Shown here piece by piece: positions 30,117 to 39,329 of a DNA stretch of 64,000 nucleotides. The stretch comes from Dehalococcoidia bacterium. GTDB lineage: Bacteria > Chloroflexota > Dehalococcoidia > Plut-88900. The stretch lies in contig CBDBLV010000005.1 in the NCBI GenBank assembly GCA_965207225.1, positions 1,312,001 through 1,376,000 on the forward strand, read 5' to 3'. The translations under genes were made by a program, and so were the position numbers. Below the pieces are notes generated by a model. That model was given only the letters and a program-made list of their open reading frames with translations, had not been told where the DNA came from and ran no database searches. Within the stretch, counting starts at the first letter, position 1; the number at the start of each line of letters is the position of its first letter.

Positions 30117-30989
30117 CTAAGACGCCTCCTTGGCCCGCTCGATGGCGGTGTTTAGTGCTCGTCGGGTCAGAACTTCGCAGAGGTGAGTGCGGAACTCGAT
30201 GGTGCCTCGCATGTCGGTGATGGGTTTTGCAGCGGCCTGGGCGAGGCCCGAGGCCTTGCGGATTGCCTCGTCGCTTATGGCCTGACCGGCGAGGGCGTCG
30301 CCCGCTTCCCGTACGAAGAGGGGGGTCGGGGCGACGGAAGCGAGGGAGACTCGGGCGGACTTGATGGTGTCACCGTCCAGTTCTACGGATACGCCGGCGC
30401 CGACGACGGCGATGTCCATTTCGTTGCGGGGGATGAAGCGGATGTATCGGGCGCCCGAGTTGGCCGCCGGGGCGGGGACGCTGACGGAGACCAGGAGTTC
30501 ATCTGCTCCGAGGATGGTCTGTCCGGGGCCCGTGCATACGTCTTCAACGGGGACGCTGCGGGTGCCATTAGGTCCGGCGATGTTAGCGGTGGCGCCGTAG
30601 GCAATGAGGGCGGGTATGGAGTCCGCGCTGGGGGCTGCGTTGCAGAGGTTGCCGCCGACGGAGGCCCGGCCCTGTATCTGTATCCCTCCGATGATGGATG
30701 TGCAGTCCACAAGGGCGGCGTAGTGTTCTTTCACTGCGGCGTCTTCATAGATCTTGTAGCATTCCACTGCGGCGCCGATGGTCAGTCCCGAGGAAGCGTC
30801 ATACGAGAGCTCGTTGAGTTCCGGGATGGACTTGACGTCGAGGAGGATGTCGGGAGAGCGGCGGCGAGCTCGAAGCTGAACGAGGATGTCGGTGCCGCCG
30901 GCGAGGGCACGGGTACGGTCGCCGTCCCTGGCGAGGATATCAAGGGCCTCGCTAAGGGAGGTGGGGCTGGCGTAGTCGATCCATTTCAA
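30117..30989 (-). CDS. FAD-binding medium subunit (CoxM-like)
   Basis: LAGGTD, ASVGGNLCNAAPSAD, PITDMRG; TTG start inferred. Confidence 0.92.
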   Translation of the reverse strand: MKWIDYASPTSLSEALDILARDGDRTRALAGGTDILVQLRARRRSPDILLDVKSIPELNELSYDASSGLTIGAAVECYKIYEDAAVKEHYAALVDCTSIIGGIQIQGRASVGGNLCNAAPSADSIPALIAYGATANIAGPNGTRSVPVEDVCTGPGQTILGADELLVSVSVPAPAANSGARYIRFIPRNEMDIAVVGAGVSVELDGDTIKSARVSLASVAPTPLFVREAGDALAGQAISDEAIRKASGLAQAAAKPITDMRGTIEFRTHLCEVLTRRALNTAIERAKEAS

Positions 30990-31078
30990 TGGCGGGCCTC
31001 TTTTCCCTCTCTGACGAGAGACAGGTTGAGTCCTTGGCTGCGGGCCTAGGGATATGGCTTCCGAAATGAAGCGGTTCC

Positions 31079-31107
31079 AAGATAACGACAGGCCCATGTT
31101 GTGTCAA
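31079..31107 (-). promoter_or_regulatory. Sigma70-type promoter TTGACA-17-TATCTT for the Mo-enzyme operon
   Basis: Read from the reverse complement. Confidence 0.6.
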
Positions 31108-31296
31108 GCCTGTAGGGGAAAGGGAGAAGGGTCTGAAGGGAGAGGTGAATTGAAGTAAACGCAGATTGGAAAGCAGGGGCAACTACGCACGTTTGTTGAA
31201 AGACGGGTAGCTGGGTGTTAGTATTCATCACTTAATAATGTGTGAAGTTTGGAACAGACGGTTTTCCATGACCGTAGAACAGGACCTGGCAGGCAA

Positions 31297-32100
31297 TTGA
31301 GTCGTTTATCCGACAGCTTCAGACGGGCCAAGGCGGAAGGGAGGCCGATAATTGCGACCTTCCTTACCGTCGGGTATCCGGAAACAGGCGCCGATGATGC
31401 TTTGATTGCGGCAATGGTGGAAGGCGGTGTAGACGTTATTGAACTAGGAGTTCCGTTCAGTGACCCCCTTGCGGAGGGTCCGACGATCCAGAAGTCGAGC
31501 CAGATTGCGCTGGAGCAGAGCATTACGTTGAGAGACTGCCTGGAATGTTCGCGTAAAACTCGGGCGCGGTTTCCCGGGACGCCGATAGTGCTGATGGGGT
31601 ACTACAACCCAGTGCTCAGCTACGGACTGGACAGGTTTGGGGAGGAGGCGGGGGACGCGGGAGTGGATGGGGTAATTGTAGTGGACTTACCGCTGGAGGA
31701 GGCTGGGCCTTTGCAGAGGGTGTTGAGGACGCAGGGGATCGACCTGATATTCCTATTGGCGCCGACGAGCACGGTGGAACGGATAAGGGGGGTGGCGCAG
31801 ACGGGCTCCGGGTTTGTGTATTGCGTTAGCGTGACGGGGGTCACGGGGGCAAGACGAGACCTGCGGTCCGATGTTTCGGAGTTCCTGGACAGGGTAAAGG
31901 CGGAGACAGACCTTCCGCTTCTTGTCGGGTTCGGGATATCGAAGAAGGAGCACGTAGATACGGTATTCGAGATGGCGGACGGTGTCGCAGTGGGCAGCGC
32001 CCTGATAAACTTGATTGAGCAGTCGGCGCCAGAGGCACGGGAAAAGAACGTGAAAGAGTTTGTGCGAGGGCTTCGGGGCTGCGTAGAGGCAGTGGCTTAG
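31297..32100 (+). CDS. trpA: Tryptophan synthase alpha subunit
   Basis: IELGVPFSDPLAEGPTIQ, MGYYNP, GFVYCVSVTGVTG, VGFGIS; start uncertain (31249 or 31297). Confidence 0.94.
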   Translation: MSRLSDSFRRAKAEGRPIIATFLTVGYPETGADDALIAAMVEGGVDVIELGVPFSDPLAEGPTIQKSSQIALEQSITLRDCLECSRKTRARFPGTPIVLMGYYNPVLSYGLDRFGEEAGDAGVDGVIVVDLPLEEAGPLQRVLRTQGIDLIFLLAPTSTVERIRGVAQTGSGFVYCVSVTGVTGARRDLRSDVSEFLDRVKAETDLPLLVGFGISKKEHVDTVFEMADGVAVGSALINLIEQSAPEAREKNVKEFVRGLRGCVEAVA

Positions 32101-32113
32101 GAGTTGAATCGTT

Positions 32114-32506
32114 TTGTGGTGTAGAGGAATAAGAGGAGCGACAATCGCGGAGGAGAATACCGAGGAGGCAATTCTCGAGGCTACAACAGAGCTATTGGAA
32201 CACCTGATAAAGGCCAACGATATCCAGCTGGAGAACATTGCCGCGGCGACGTTCACCACGACTCTCGACCTGAATGCGGAGTATCCGGCGGTGGCGGCCA
32301 GACACCTGGGATGGGTCGATAATGCGTTGCTCTGCGGCCATGAGATGGATGTGCCCAAGGGTCTTAAGAAGGTGATCCGGGTGCTGGTGCTGGTGAATAC
32401 AGACAAACAACTAAAGGATATAAGGCACGTATACATGAAGGAGGCCAGACAACTTAGGCCAGGCTTTGCGGGAGCTGCGTACATAGTGGATGCGGACAGC
32501 GCGTAG
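32114..32506 (+). CDS. aroH: Chorismate mutase, AroH class
   Basis: RGIRGAT, DLNAEYPAVAAR, HVY...A..LRP. Confidence 0.92.
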   Translation: MWCRGIRGATIAEENTEEAILEATTELLEHLIKANDIQLENIAAATFTTTLDLNAEYPAVAARHLGWVDNALLCGHEMDVPKGLKKVIRVLVLVNTDKQLKDIRHVYMKEARQLRPGFAGAAYIVDADSA

Positions 32507-32530
32507 CCGGCCCAGGTCCGGGAGAGTCAG

Positions 32531-33547
32531 ATGATAGTGGTCATGAATGCAAACTGCTCGGAAGAGAACATCGATGCCGTAAAGAACCGGCTGACGACGC
32601 TGGGGCTATCGGCGCACCTGTCCCGGGGCGAGGACAGGGTAATAGTGGGGGTGGTGGGGAAGACTTATCCCGACCTGAAGTCCAACCTGGAATATATGGA
32701 AGGCGTAATTGAGGTTGTAACGGTTTCGAGTCCATTCAAACTGCCGAGTCGGGACTTTCACCCGGAGGATACGGTGATAAGGGTCGGGGACGTGGAGATC
32801 GGGGGTGGGGAGCCGGTGGTGATGGCCGGTCCCTGCGCCGTGGAAAGCTGGGACCAGCTTCTGGAGACGGCGCTGGGTGTGAGGGATGCGGGTGCAAACA
32901 TCCTGCGGGGCGGAGCGTACAAGCCAAGGACTTCTCCGTACAGCTTCCGGGGGATGGGGGAGGCGGGGCTGGAGCTGCTGGCCCGGGCACGGGAAGAGAC
33001 AGGGATGCCTGTTATCACTGAGGTGATGACTACAACCGATGTTGAAGTAGTGGCCCAGTATGCGGATATCCTGCAGATCGGGGCGCGGAACATGCAGAAC
33101 TTCAACCTTTTGGACGAGGTTGGGAAGTGCAACAGGGCAGTGATGCTGAAACGGGGCCTTTCGGCGACGATAGAAGAATGGCTGCTGGCTGCTGAGTACA
33201 TCCTGGCGCAGGGCAATCCGGACGTGATGCTCTGCGAACGGGGCATCCGGACTTTCGAAAAGTACACGCGAAACACGCTGGACCTGAGCGCCATACCCGT
33301 TATCCAGCGGCTGAGCCACCTGCCGATCATCGCGGACCCGAGCCACGCTACAGGAAAGTGGTACCTGGTGACGCCGATGGCGCTGGCGGCTGCGGCGTCG
33401 GGAGCGGACGGGCTGATGGTTGAGGTGCATCCGAGGCCGGAGGAGGCGCTCTGCGATGGGGCGCAGGCCCTGCGGCTGGACAACTTTGCGCTGATGATGG
33501 ACCGGATGCGGGCGATCACGAGGCCGCTACAGGGCGTTTATACGTAG
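32531..33547 (+). CDS. aroF: DAHP synthase type I-beta with N-terminal regulatory domain
   Basis: MAGPCAVES, GGAYKPRTSPYSF, QIGARNMQN, CERGIRTF, DPSH. Confidence 0.95.
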   Translation: MIVVMNANCSEENIDAVKNRLTTLGLSAHLSRGEDRVIVGVVGKTYPDLKSNLEYMEGVIEVVTVSSPFKLPSRDFHPEDTVIRVGDVEIGGGEPVVMAGPCAVESWDQLLETALGVRDAGANILRGGAYKPRTSPYSFRGMGEAGLELLARAREETGMPVITEVMTTTDVEVVAQYADILQIGARNMQNFNLLDEVGKCNRAVMLKRGLSATIEEWLLAAEYILAQGNPDVMLCERGIRTFEKYTRNTLDLSAIPVIQRLSHLPIIADPSHATGKWYLVTPMALAAAASGADGLMVEVHPRPEEALCDGAQALRLDNFALMMDRMRAITRPLQGVYT

Positions 33548-33562
33548 TCGCTCGGGGGTGAG

Positions 33563-33694
33563 ATGAGAGTCCTGGTGTCGGTGGGGCTGGGTCTCGCTCT
33601 GATAGTGAGTGCGTGTGGGGGGTCTGGGGGACCATCGGAGCCGACGCCGGATGTCGGGGCGGAGGTGAGGACGACGGTACATGAGCCGCGATAG
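33563..33694 (+). pseudogene. Short or truncated lipoprotein ORF
   Basis: MRVLVSVGLGLALIVSACGGSGG...: signal peptide with lipobox, stops after 43 aa. Confidence 0.4.
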
Positions 33695-33770
33695 AGCTTT
33701 GGCCTATCACTACCAAGAAACACTGCGCGCGGGGCGATGTGACAGCCGCTCTTCACCCCTTGGGATTCTC

Positions 33771-33800
33771 TTGACCCTCTCAGAAGGGGGTGGCTATAAT
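33771..33800 (+). promoter_or_regulatory. Sigma70-type promoter TTGACC-18-TATAAT
   Basis: Upstream of the two small Cys-rich ORFs. Confidence 0.6.
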
Positions 33801-33861
33801 TGCCGGAAATCTCGTTGGGTGCGGGCGCGGGGCCCGGGCCCGATTTTCCAAGAGGCACTAC

Positions 33862-33981
33862 GTGGCAAATCAGACAGGCAAGCGGTACAAGTGTGAGAGC
33901 TGCGGGTCGGAGTTCATTGTGACCCGGGGCGGGGACGGCGCTATCACGTGCTGCGGTACCGAAATGCCCCTCAAGAAGTAG
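33862..33981 (+). CDS. Desulforedoxin-like small metal-binding protein (39 aa)
   Basis: MANQTGKRYKCESCGSEFIVTRGGDGAITCCGTEMPLKK: CxxC...CC motif; GAGG RBS, GTG start. Confidence 0.8.
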   Translation: MANQTGKRYKCESCGSEFIVTRGGDGAITCCGTEMPLKK

Positions 33982-34040
33982 TGGTCGGGGCCCGGATGCG
34001 GGGTCTTCCTGCTTCTAAATGACGGAGAGGACTTAAGGGA

Positions 34041-34184
34041 ATGCCAAACTTGCTGGGCAAACGATTCGTTTGCGAGAACTGCGGGACCCAGGTGCTGTGC
34101 ACGAAGGCAGGCGAGGGTGCAGTAAACTGCTGCAGCCAGGAAATGACCCTGCAGCAACCGAAGCCTCTGCCTTCCGCGGACTAG
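34041..34184 (+). CDS. Desulforedoxin-like small metal-binding protein (47 aa)
   Basis: MPNLLGKRFVCENCGTQVLCTKAGEGAVNCCSQEMTLQQPKPLPSAD; absent from the ORF track. Confidence 0.8.
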   Translation: MPNLLGKRFVCENCGTQVLCTKAGEGAVNCCSQEMTLQQPKPLPSAD

Positions 34185-34321
34185 GGTTTATCCCAAGAGT
34201 TTCACCCTCATCCCCGACTTCTCGGGGATAGGGTCTAGCCTTCTCCCGACAAGGGAAGGGGTACCGGACACCCTCCCCAAGCCAATTGGAGAGGGCACCG
34301 GAAAAGTCCCAGAGAGGCGGG

Positions 34322-34954
34322 TTACGCTAACTTTCGGATGACCCCGATGACCCTTCCTTTGACGGAGAGGTTGGAGGGGTCGACGTATATGGGGTCCATC
34401 TGGGAGTTGGCGGGTTGAAGCCTGACTCTTCCCTGCTCTCGATAGATCCGCTTCAGCGTGACTTCTTCCTCAGACTCGAGCCAGGCGGCTACCATGTCAC
34501 CATCCTCGGCGGTTTCGGAATGCTGGAGGAGGACGATGTCGCCGTCGTCGATCAGGGCGTCGATCATGGAATCGCCTTTGACCTTAAGGGCGTAGACGTT
34601 TTCCATGCCGCTGACGAGGTCTTCGGGGACGTCCAGGGTCTCGAGGGCGGCCCAGGGCTCGGCGGTGGGGACGGGGAGGGGTTCGCCGGCGGCGATGGCG
34701 CCGAGGAGCGGGGTCTTGATTGCGCCGGAGCTTTGGCTTTCGTAACCGATGATCTCTATTCCCCGGGATACGCCAGCATCGCGGCGGATGTAGCCGTCGC
34801 GTTCGAGGGCTTTGAGGTGGTAGTCGGCGACGGAGGTGGAACTCATGTTGCACATCCGCACGACGTCCCTGACGCTGGGGGGATACTTGTGACTATCGAG
34901 AAAAGCGGTGATGGCTTCCAGGACTTCTTTACGTTTTTTGGACAATGCTTTCAT
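34322..34954 (-). CDS. lexA: SOS repressor LexA
   Basis: YPPSVRD wHTH, IAAGEP cleavage site, VKGDSM, VTLKR. Confidence 0.96.
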   Translation of the reverse strand: MKALSKKRKEVLEAITAFLDSHKYPPSVRDVVRMCNMSSTSVADYHLKALERDGYIRRDAGVSRGIEIIGYESQSSGAIKTPLLGAIAAGEPLPVPTAEPWAALETLDVPEDLVSGMENVYALKVKGDSMIDALIDDGDIVLLQHSETAEDGDMVAAWLESEEEVTLKRIYREQGRVRLQPANSQMDPIYVDPSNLSVKGRVIGVIRKLA

Positions 34955-34970
34955 CGAGCACCTCTGTTGG

Positions 34971-34982
34971 GAACGGGCGTAC
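34971..34982. promoter_or_regulatory. LexA (SOS) box GAAC-N4-GTAC
   Basis: GAACGGGCGTAC between the lexA promoter and start; matches the Gram-positive/Dehalococcoides-type box. Confidence 0.75.
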
Positions 34983-34989
34983 TAAGCAG

Positions 34990-35018
34990 ATATTAACCGA
35001 AAAATAGGAAGGTGTCAA
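34990..35018 (-). promoter_or_regulatory. lexA promoter TTGACA-17-TAATAT
   Basis: Read from the reverse complement. Confidence 0.65.
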
Positions 35019-35144
35019 GGAGGTGTGAGGTGGAATCCCCCGGAAATTCCAAGAGATGTGTTCAGGCAGGGCAATTGAGCAGGGTGAATCAGGCGTTTTA
35101 GGTTCCTCGCGGGGCCTCGTATTGAGCGCTGGACAAGAGAAGGG

Positions 35145-35819
35145 TCAGGAATCTTCGGATTCGGCGGGAGTCTCTGCTGCGCCCGCTTCGGCGATGGCTT
35201 CTTCAGCACCTTCTTCGGTTTCCTCTGCGGCTTCGGCTTCAGCGGCGGCGTCGGCGGCTGAGACGCGGCCCTGGGCTGCCCGGACTACCATCTGGTCGGC
35301 GTCGGTAAGGACTTCAACGCCGTCAGGAAGCCGGAGATCGCTGACGTGAATTGACTGATCGACCTCGACCAGCACTGAAATGTCGGCCTCCACAGAGCTT
35401 GGGATGTCCATGGGAAGCCCCGATACCTGGATGGAGGACAGTATCTGGGAAATTACAGTCGAAGTCTTTGGAAGGGGCGACTCACCGACCAGTAAGACGG
35501 GGACATCGGAGGTGATGGCCCGTGTAACGTCGACCTGGAGGAAGTCTACGTGGACTATGGAGTCGGTAACCGGGTGACGCTGGACGTTACGGATGACGGC
35601 GGTCCTGGGTTTCTTCTCGCCATTGACCTTGACGGACAGGACGGCGTTACGACCGGCCTGCGTAAGGGCGTGGACGAGGTCGGAGGACTGGAGCTGGAGG
35701 GCTACGGAGTCGAGGTTTCGGCCGTAAATGTTGGCTGGGGTAATGCCGTCTCGGCGAAGGAATCGGGCCTTTTTGCCAAGGGCTTCGCGAACATCTACGG
35801 CCAACTCTAGGGTATCCAT
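35145..35819 (-). CDS. rplY: 50S ribosomal protein L25/Ctc
   Basis: LRRDGITPANIYG, VQRHPV....HVDF, acidic tail. Confidence 0.93.
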   Translation of the reverse strand: MDTLELAVDVREALGKKARFLRRDGITPANIYGRNLDSVALQLQSSDLVHALTQAGRNAVLSVKVNGEKKPRTAVIRNVQRHPVTDSIVHVDFLQVDVTRAITSDVPVLLVGESPLPKTSTVISQILSSIQVSGLPMDIPSSVEADISVLVEVDQSIHVSDLRLPDGVEVLTDADQMVVRAAQGRVSAADAAAEAEAAEETEEGAEEAIAEAGAAETPAESEDS

Positions 35820-35956
35820 GGGACCGGTATCTCCCGTATGTTTTTTACATTTTTGCAGGCTTCAAAATTGAAGCCCGGCGCTAGCTATGTTATCATACAT
35901 CGTCCTCAGGCAGAGAAGAAGGGCGATGGCCCTAACCCCGCGGAGGAACTGTCTTA

Positions 35957-36775
35957 ATGGCAACACCGCTAGCTTTCAACAAGGAACAAGTCCAGAGGTA
36001 CAGCAGACATCTTATCCTGCCGCAAGTAGGCAGCAAGGGGCAACGAAAGCTCCTGGAGTCCAAGGTGTTGCTAATCGGGGCGGGGGGACTGGGCTCGCCG
36101 ACGGCACTGTACCTGGGTGCGGCGGGAGTCGGCACGCTGGGAATCGTAGATTTCGACGTGGTGGACCTTACGAATCTGCAGAGGCAGATCCTGCACCGTA
36201 ACAGCGACGTGGGAAGGCCGAAGGTTGACTCGGCGACGGACACGCTGAAGGGCATTAACCCGGACGTAAACGTGGTGTCCCACCCGGTACGGCTAAGTTC
36301 CGAGAATATATTCGACATCATCGAAGACTACGACGTTATCGTTGACGGGACCGACAACTTCCCGACCCGCTACCTTGTGAACGACGCCTGCGTGATGAGC
36401 AAGAAGCCGAACGTTCACGGCAGCATATTTCTGTTCGAGGGTCAGGCCTCGGTGTTCACGCACGACAAGGGCTGCTACCGATGCCTTTACCCGGACCCGC
36501 CACCCCCAGGCATGGTGCCCAGCTGTGCTGAGGCAGGGGTGCTGGGAGTCCTTCCTGGGATTGTCGGGACTATCCAGGCGATAGAGACGATCAAGCTGCT
36601 GCTGGGGCTCGGGGACTCGCTGGCGGGAAGGCTGCTAATCTTCGATGCGCTGGATATGGACTTCAGGCAGGTGAGGGTGCGTCGGGACACGGAGTGCCCA
36701 GTGTGCGGCGACAAACCCACGGTTACGGAACTTATAGACTACGAAGCCTTTTGTGGCGTTCTGGCCCACGCGTGA
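35957..36775 (+). CDS. moeB: MoeB/ThiF adenylyltransferase
   Basis: RYSRH, GAGGLGS, DLTNLQRQ, CYRC, SCAEAGVLG, CPVC. Confidence 0.93.
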   Translation: MATPLAFNKEQVQRYSRHLILPQVGSKGQRKLLESKVLLIGAGGLGSPTALYLGAAGVGTLGIVDFDVVDLTNLQRQILHRNSDVGRPKVDSATDTLKGINPDVNVVSHPVRLSSENIFDIIEDYDVIVDGTDNFPTRYLVNDACVMSKKPNVHGSIFLFEGQASVFTHDKGCYRCLYPDPPPPGMVPSCAEAGVLGVLPGIVGTIQAIETIKLLLGLGDSLAGRLLIFDALDMDFRQVRVRRDTECPVCGDKPTVTELIDYEAFCGVLAHA

Positions 36776-36813
36776 TAATCAGAGACGCAGCAAGAAATGG
36801 AACTGCCTTATAC

Positions 36814-36844
36814 AGGGCGCCCTTCGAATCCGGGGGGCGCCCTC
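36814..36844 (+). terminator. GC-rich hairpin after moeB
   Basis: AGGGCGCCC...GGGCGCCCT. Confidence 0.5.
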
Positions 36845-37025
36845 TCTAATTTAAGGTCCGGCGGAGGAGTGGGAGGGGAAGAGGAGTGGTGAAAAGGCTA
36901 CCCAGTTTGAAGGGTAGTCGGGGGAAGGATCTCGGGAGATTACCCTGGAATGTTTGGCCTTGAGGTTACTTTTGCTTAGATAGGAAAAAGGGTTAGAAAA
37001 CCAAGAGACAGCTAAAGGAGGCAAA

Positions 37026-38471
37026 ATGGCGGCGAGCGGCGCAAAAGACATAATCAAGAGGTTGGCAGAGGAAGAGATCGAGTTTGTCGACCTAAAGTTC
37101 ACCGACCTGTTCGGGAGGCTCCAACACTTTTCGATCCCATCGGTGGAGGTGGATGACGCTCTCTTCGAAGACGGGATGGGGTTTGACGGCTCGAGCATCA
37201 GGGGGTTCCAGGCAATCAACGAGAGCGACATGCTGATCGTGCCGGACCCGACCACCGCATACCTCGATACGGTGTACGAAAGGAAAACTCTGAGCCTAAT
37301 CGGGGACATACGGGACCCAATACTCGGGAACGGGTACTCCCGGGACCCTAGGTACGTGGCCAAGAAGGCAGAGGCATACCTGACGAGCACGGGAATTGCC
37401 GATTCCAGCGCCTGGGGCCCGGAGCTGGAGTTCTTCATCCTGGACGACATCCGGTATGACAACCAGACCAATGCAGCTTACTACTACATAGACTCGCAAG
37501 AGGCGGTGTGGAACAGAGGGTCGGGGAAGACCATGGGAGACAGGGGAGAAGACGCTCCGAACTTGGGGCACAGGCCGCCCGGGAAGATGGGATATTCTCC
37601 AGCCCCGCCCCTGGACTCGATCACGGACATCCGGAATGACATTGCTACGGAACTGATGGCAGCCGGGATCCGGGTGGAGATGCACCATCACGAGGTCGCC
37701 ACGGGGGGGCAGAGCGAAATCAGCATCCGGTTCGACACCCTCAGGAACATGGGGGACAAGGCACTGCTGTACAAGTACATCGCCAAGAACGTTGCCAAGC
37801 GACACGGCAAGTCCGTGACTTTCATGCCGAAGCCGATATTCGGGGACAATGGATCGGGCATGCACGTGCACCAGAGCCTGAGGAAAGACGACACGAACCT
37901 TTTCTACGGCGATGGCTACGGCTCAACAAGCGAGATGTGCCGCCACTACATAGGCGGCCTGTTGAAGCATGGGCGGGCGCTAATGGCCTTCTGCGCACCC
38001 GGCACCAACTCCTACAAGCGGCTGGTGCCCGGGTACGAGGCCCCGGTGAACCTGATCTACTCACACCGGAACCGGAGCGCATGCATCAGGATTCCGGCCT
38101 ACTCGAATGCGCCGAATGCGGTGCGGGTAGAGTTCCGACCTCCGGACCCGTCATCCAACCCGTACCTGGCATTCTCGGCGATGCTGATGGCGGGATTGGA
38201 CGGTATCCAGAACAAGCTCGACCCCGGGGAGCCGATGGACGTGGACCTCTACGAGCTTTCGGCGGAGGAGGCCAAGGGCATACCGCAGGTGCCGGGAAGC
38301 CTTGACGAGTCTCTGCAAGCATTGAGGGACGACCACGACTTCCTGTTGAAGGGCGACGTGTTCACGCCGGACCTGATCGATACATGGATCGAGTACAAGC
38401 AGTTCAATGAGGCGGACCCGGTAAGGATGAGACCACACCCTTACGAGTACGCGCTGTACTACCACGCTTAG
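37026..38471 (+). CDS. glnA: Glutamine synthetase type I
   Basis: FDGSSI, HHHEVA..GQ.EI, FMPKP..GDNGSGMH, SYKRLVPGYEAP, RVEFR.PD. Confidence 0.97.
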   Translation: MAASGAKDIIKRLAEEEIEFVDLKFTDLFGRLQHFSIPSVEVDDALFEDGMGFDGSSIRGFQAINESDMLIVPDPTTAYLDTVYERKTLSLIGDIRDPILGNGYSRDPRYVAKKAEAYLTSTGIADSSAWGPELEFFILDDIRYDNQTNAAYYYIDSQEAVWNRGSGKTMGDRGEDAPNLGHRPPGKMGYSPAPPLDSITDIRNDIATELMAAGIRVEMHHHEVATGGQSEISIRFDTLRNMGDKALLYKYIAKNVAKRHGKSVTFMPKPIFGDNGSGMHVHQSLRKDDTNLFYGDGYGSTSEMCRHYIGGLLKHGRALMAFCAPGTNSYKRLVPGYEAPVNLIYSHRNRSACIRIPAYSNAPNAVRVEFRPPDPSSNPYLAFSAMLMAGLDGIQNKLDPGEPMDVDLYELSAEEAKGIPQVPGSLDESLQALRDDHDFLLKGDVFTPDLIDTWIEYKQFNEADPVRMRPHPYEYALYYHA

Positions 38472-38482
38472 AAGAGAAGCTA

Positions 38483-38519
38483 GAAACGGCGACCTGTCCA
38501 CCTCGCAGGTCGCCGTTTC
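38483..38519 (+). terminator. Hairpin after glnA
   Basis: GAAACGGCGACCTG...CAGGTCGCCGTTTC, 14-bp stem. Confidence 0.6.
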
Positions 38520-38542
38520 GCGTAATGGCAGGAGGAGTAAAG

Positions 38543-39319
38543 ATGATTGAGAAGCTGTTTGATCTTACGGATCGCGTTGCGATAGTGACGGGGGCGTCGT
38601 CGGGGTTTGGGGTGGTGTTTGCCCACGCGCTGGCCGAGGCCGGGGCGGACGTGGTGGTGGCGGCGAGACGGAAAGAGCAGCTGGAGCAGACGGCGGAAGG
38701 GGTGCGTGAACGAGGGCGTCGGTGCCTGGTGATGCAGACCGACATATCACAGGAAGACCAGGTGGATGACCTGGTGGCCAAGACGATGGTGGAGTTCGGG
38801 AGGATAGATATAGTCGTGAATAATGCGGCCCGAGGCGGGATGGCGATGTGGACGGAGACGACGACGCTGGAGGAGTACCGGACGATCCTGGACACTAACC
38901 TGATAGGCGTATTCATGCTGACGCAGAAGGCGGGTCGGGTGATGCTGGAACGGGGTTGGGGGAGGGTTATCAATATCTCGTCAGTGGAAGGGGTGCAGGC
39001 AGCGCCGGAGAATGACCCGAGCCTTGGATATTGCACGGCCAAGCACGGGATGGCAGGACTGACGCGGGAGACGGCAAAGCAATGGGCGAAGCGCGGCGTG
39101 ACGGTCAACCAGATCGGGCCAGGGTTCTTCCACACGGAGCTGACAGACCGTTTCCTGAGCGTGCCGGAGGTGAAGGCAGAACTCTCCGCGCTTTCGCCGA
39201 TGAACAGGGTCGGGCAGCCGGAGGAGCTAGTAGGGTTGCTGCTGCTCCTGGCTTCGGAGAACTCCAGCTACATCACGGGGCAGACGATCATGGTGGATGG
39301 GGGGTGGAGCATCTGGTAG
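38543..39319 (+). CDS. Short-chain dehydrogenase/reductase
   Basis: TGASSGFG, NNAA, YCTAK; AGGAGG RBS. Confidence 0.9.
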   Translation: MIEKLFDLTDRVAIVTGASSGFGVVFAHALAEAGADVVVAARRKEQLEQTAEGVRERGRRCLVMQTDISQEDQVDDLVAKTMVEFGRIDIVVNNAARGGMAMWTETTTLEEYRTILDTNLIGVFMLTQKAGRVMLERGWGRVINISSVEGVQAAPENDPSLGYCTAKHGMAGLTRETAKQWAKRGVTVNQIGPGFFHTELTDRFLSVPEVKAELSALSPMNRVGQPEELVGLLLLLASENSSYITGQTIMVDGGWSIW

Positions 39320-39329
39320 GGTCGCCCCG

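Noticed and set aside
27355-30989. Aerobic CO dehydrogenase (coxMSL)
   Set aside because: The active-site loop is AYRAPG, not AYxCSFR (form I) or AYRGAGR (form II)
36814-36844. TTCGAATCC resembling a tRNA T-loop
   Set aside because: No cloverleaf; it sits within a simple terminator-like hairpin
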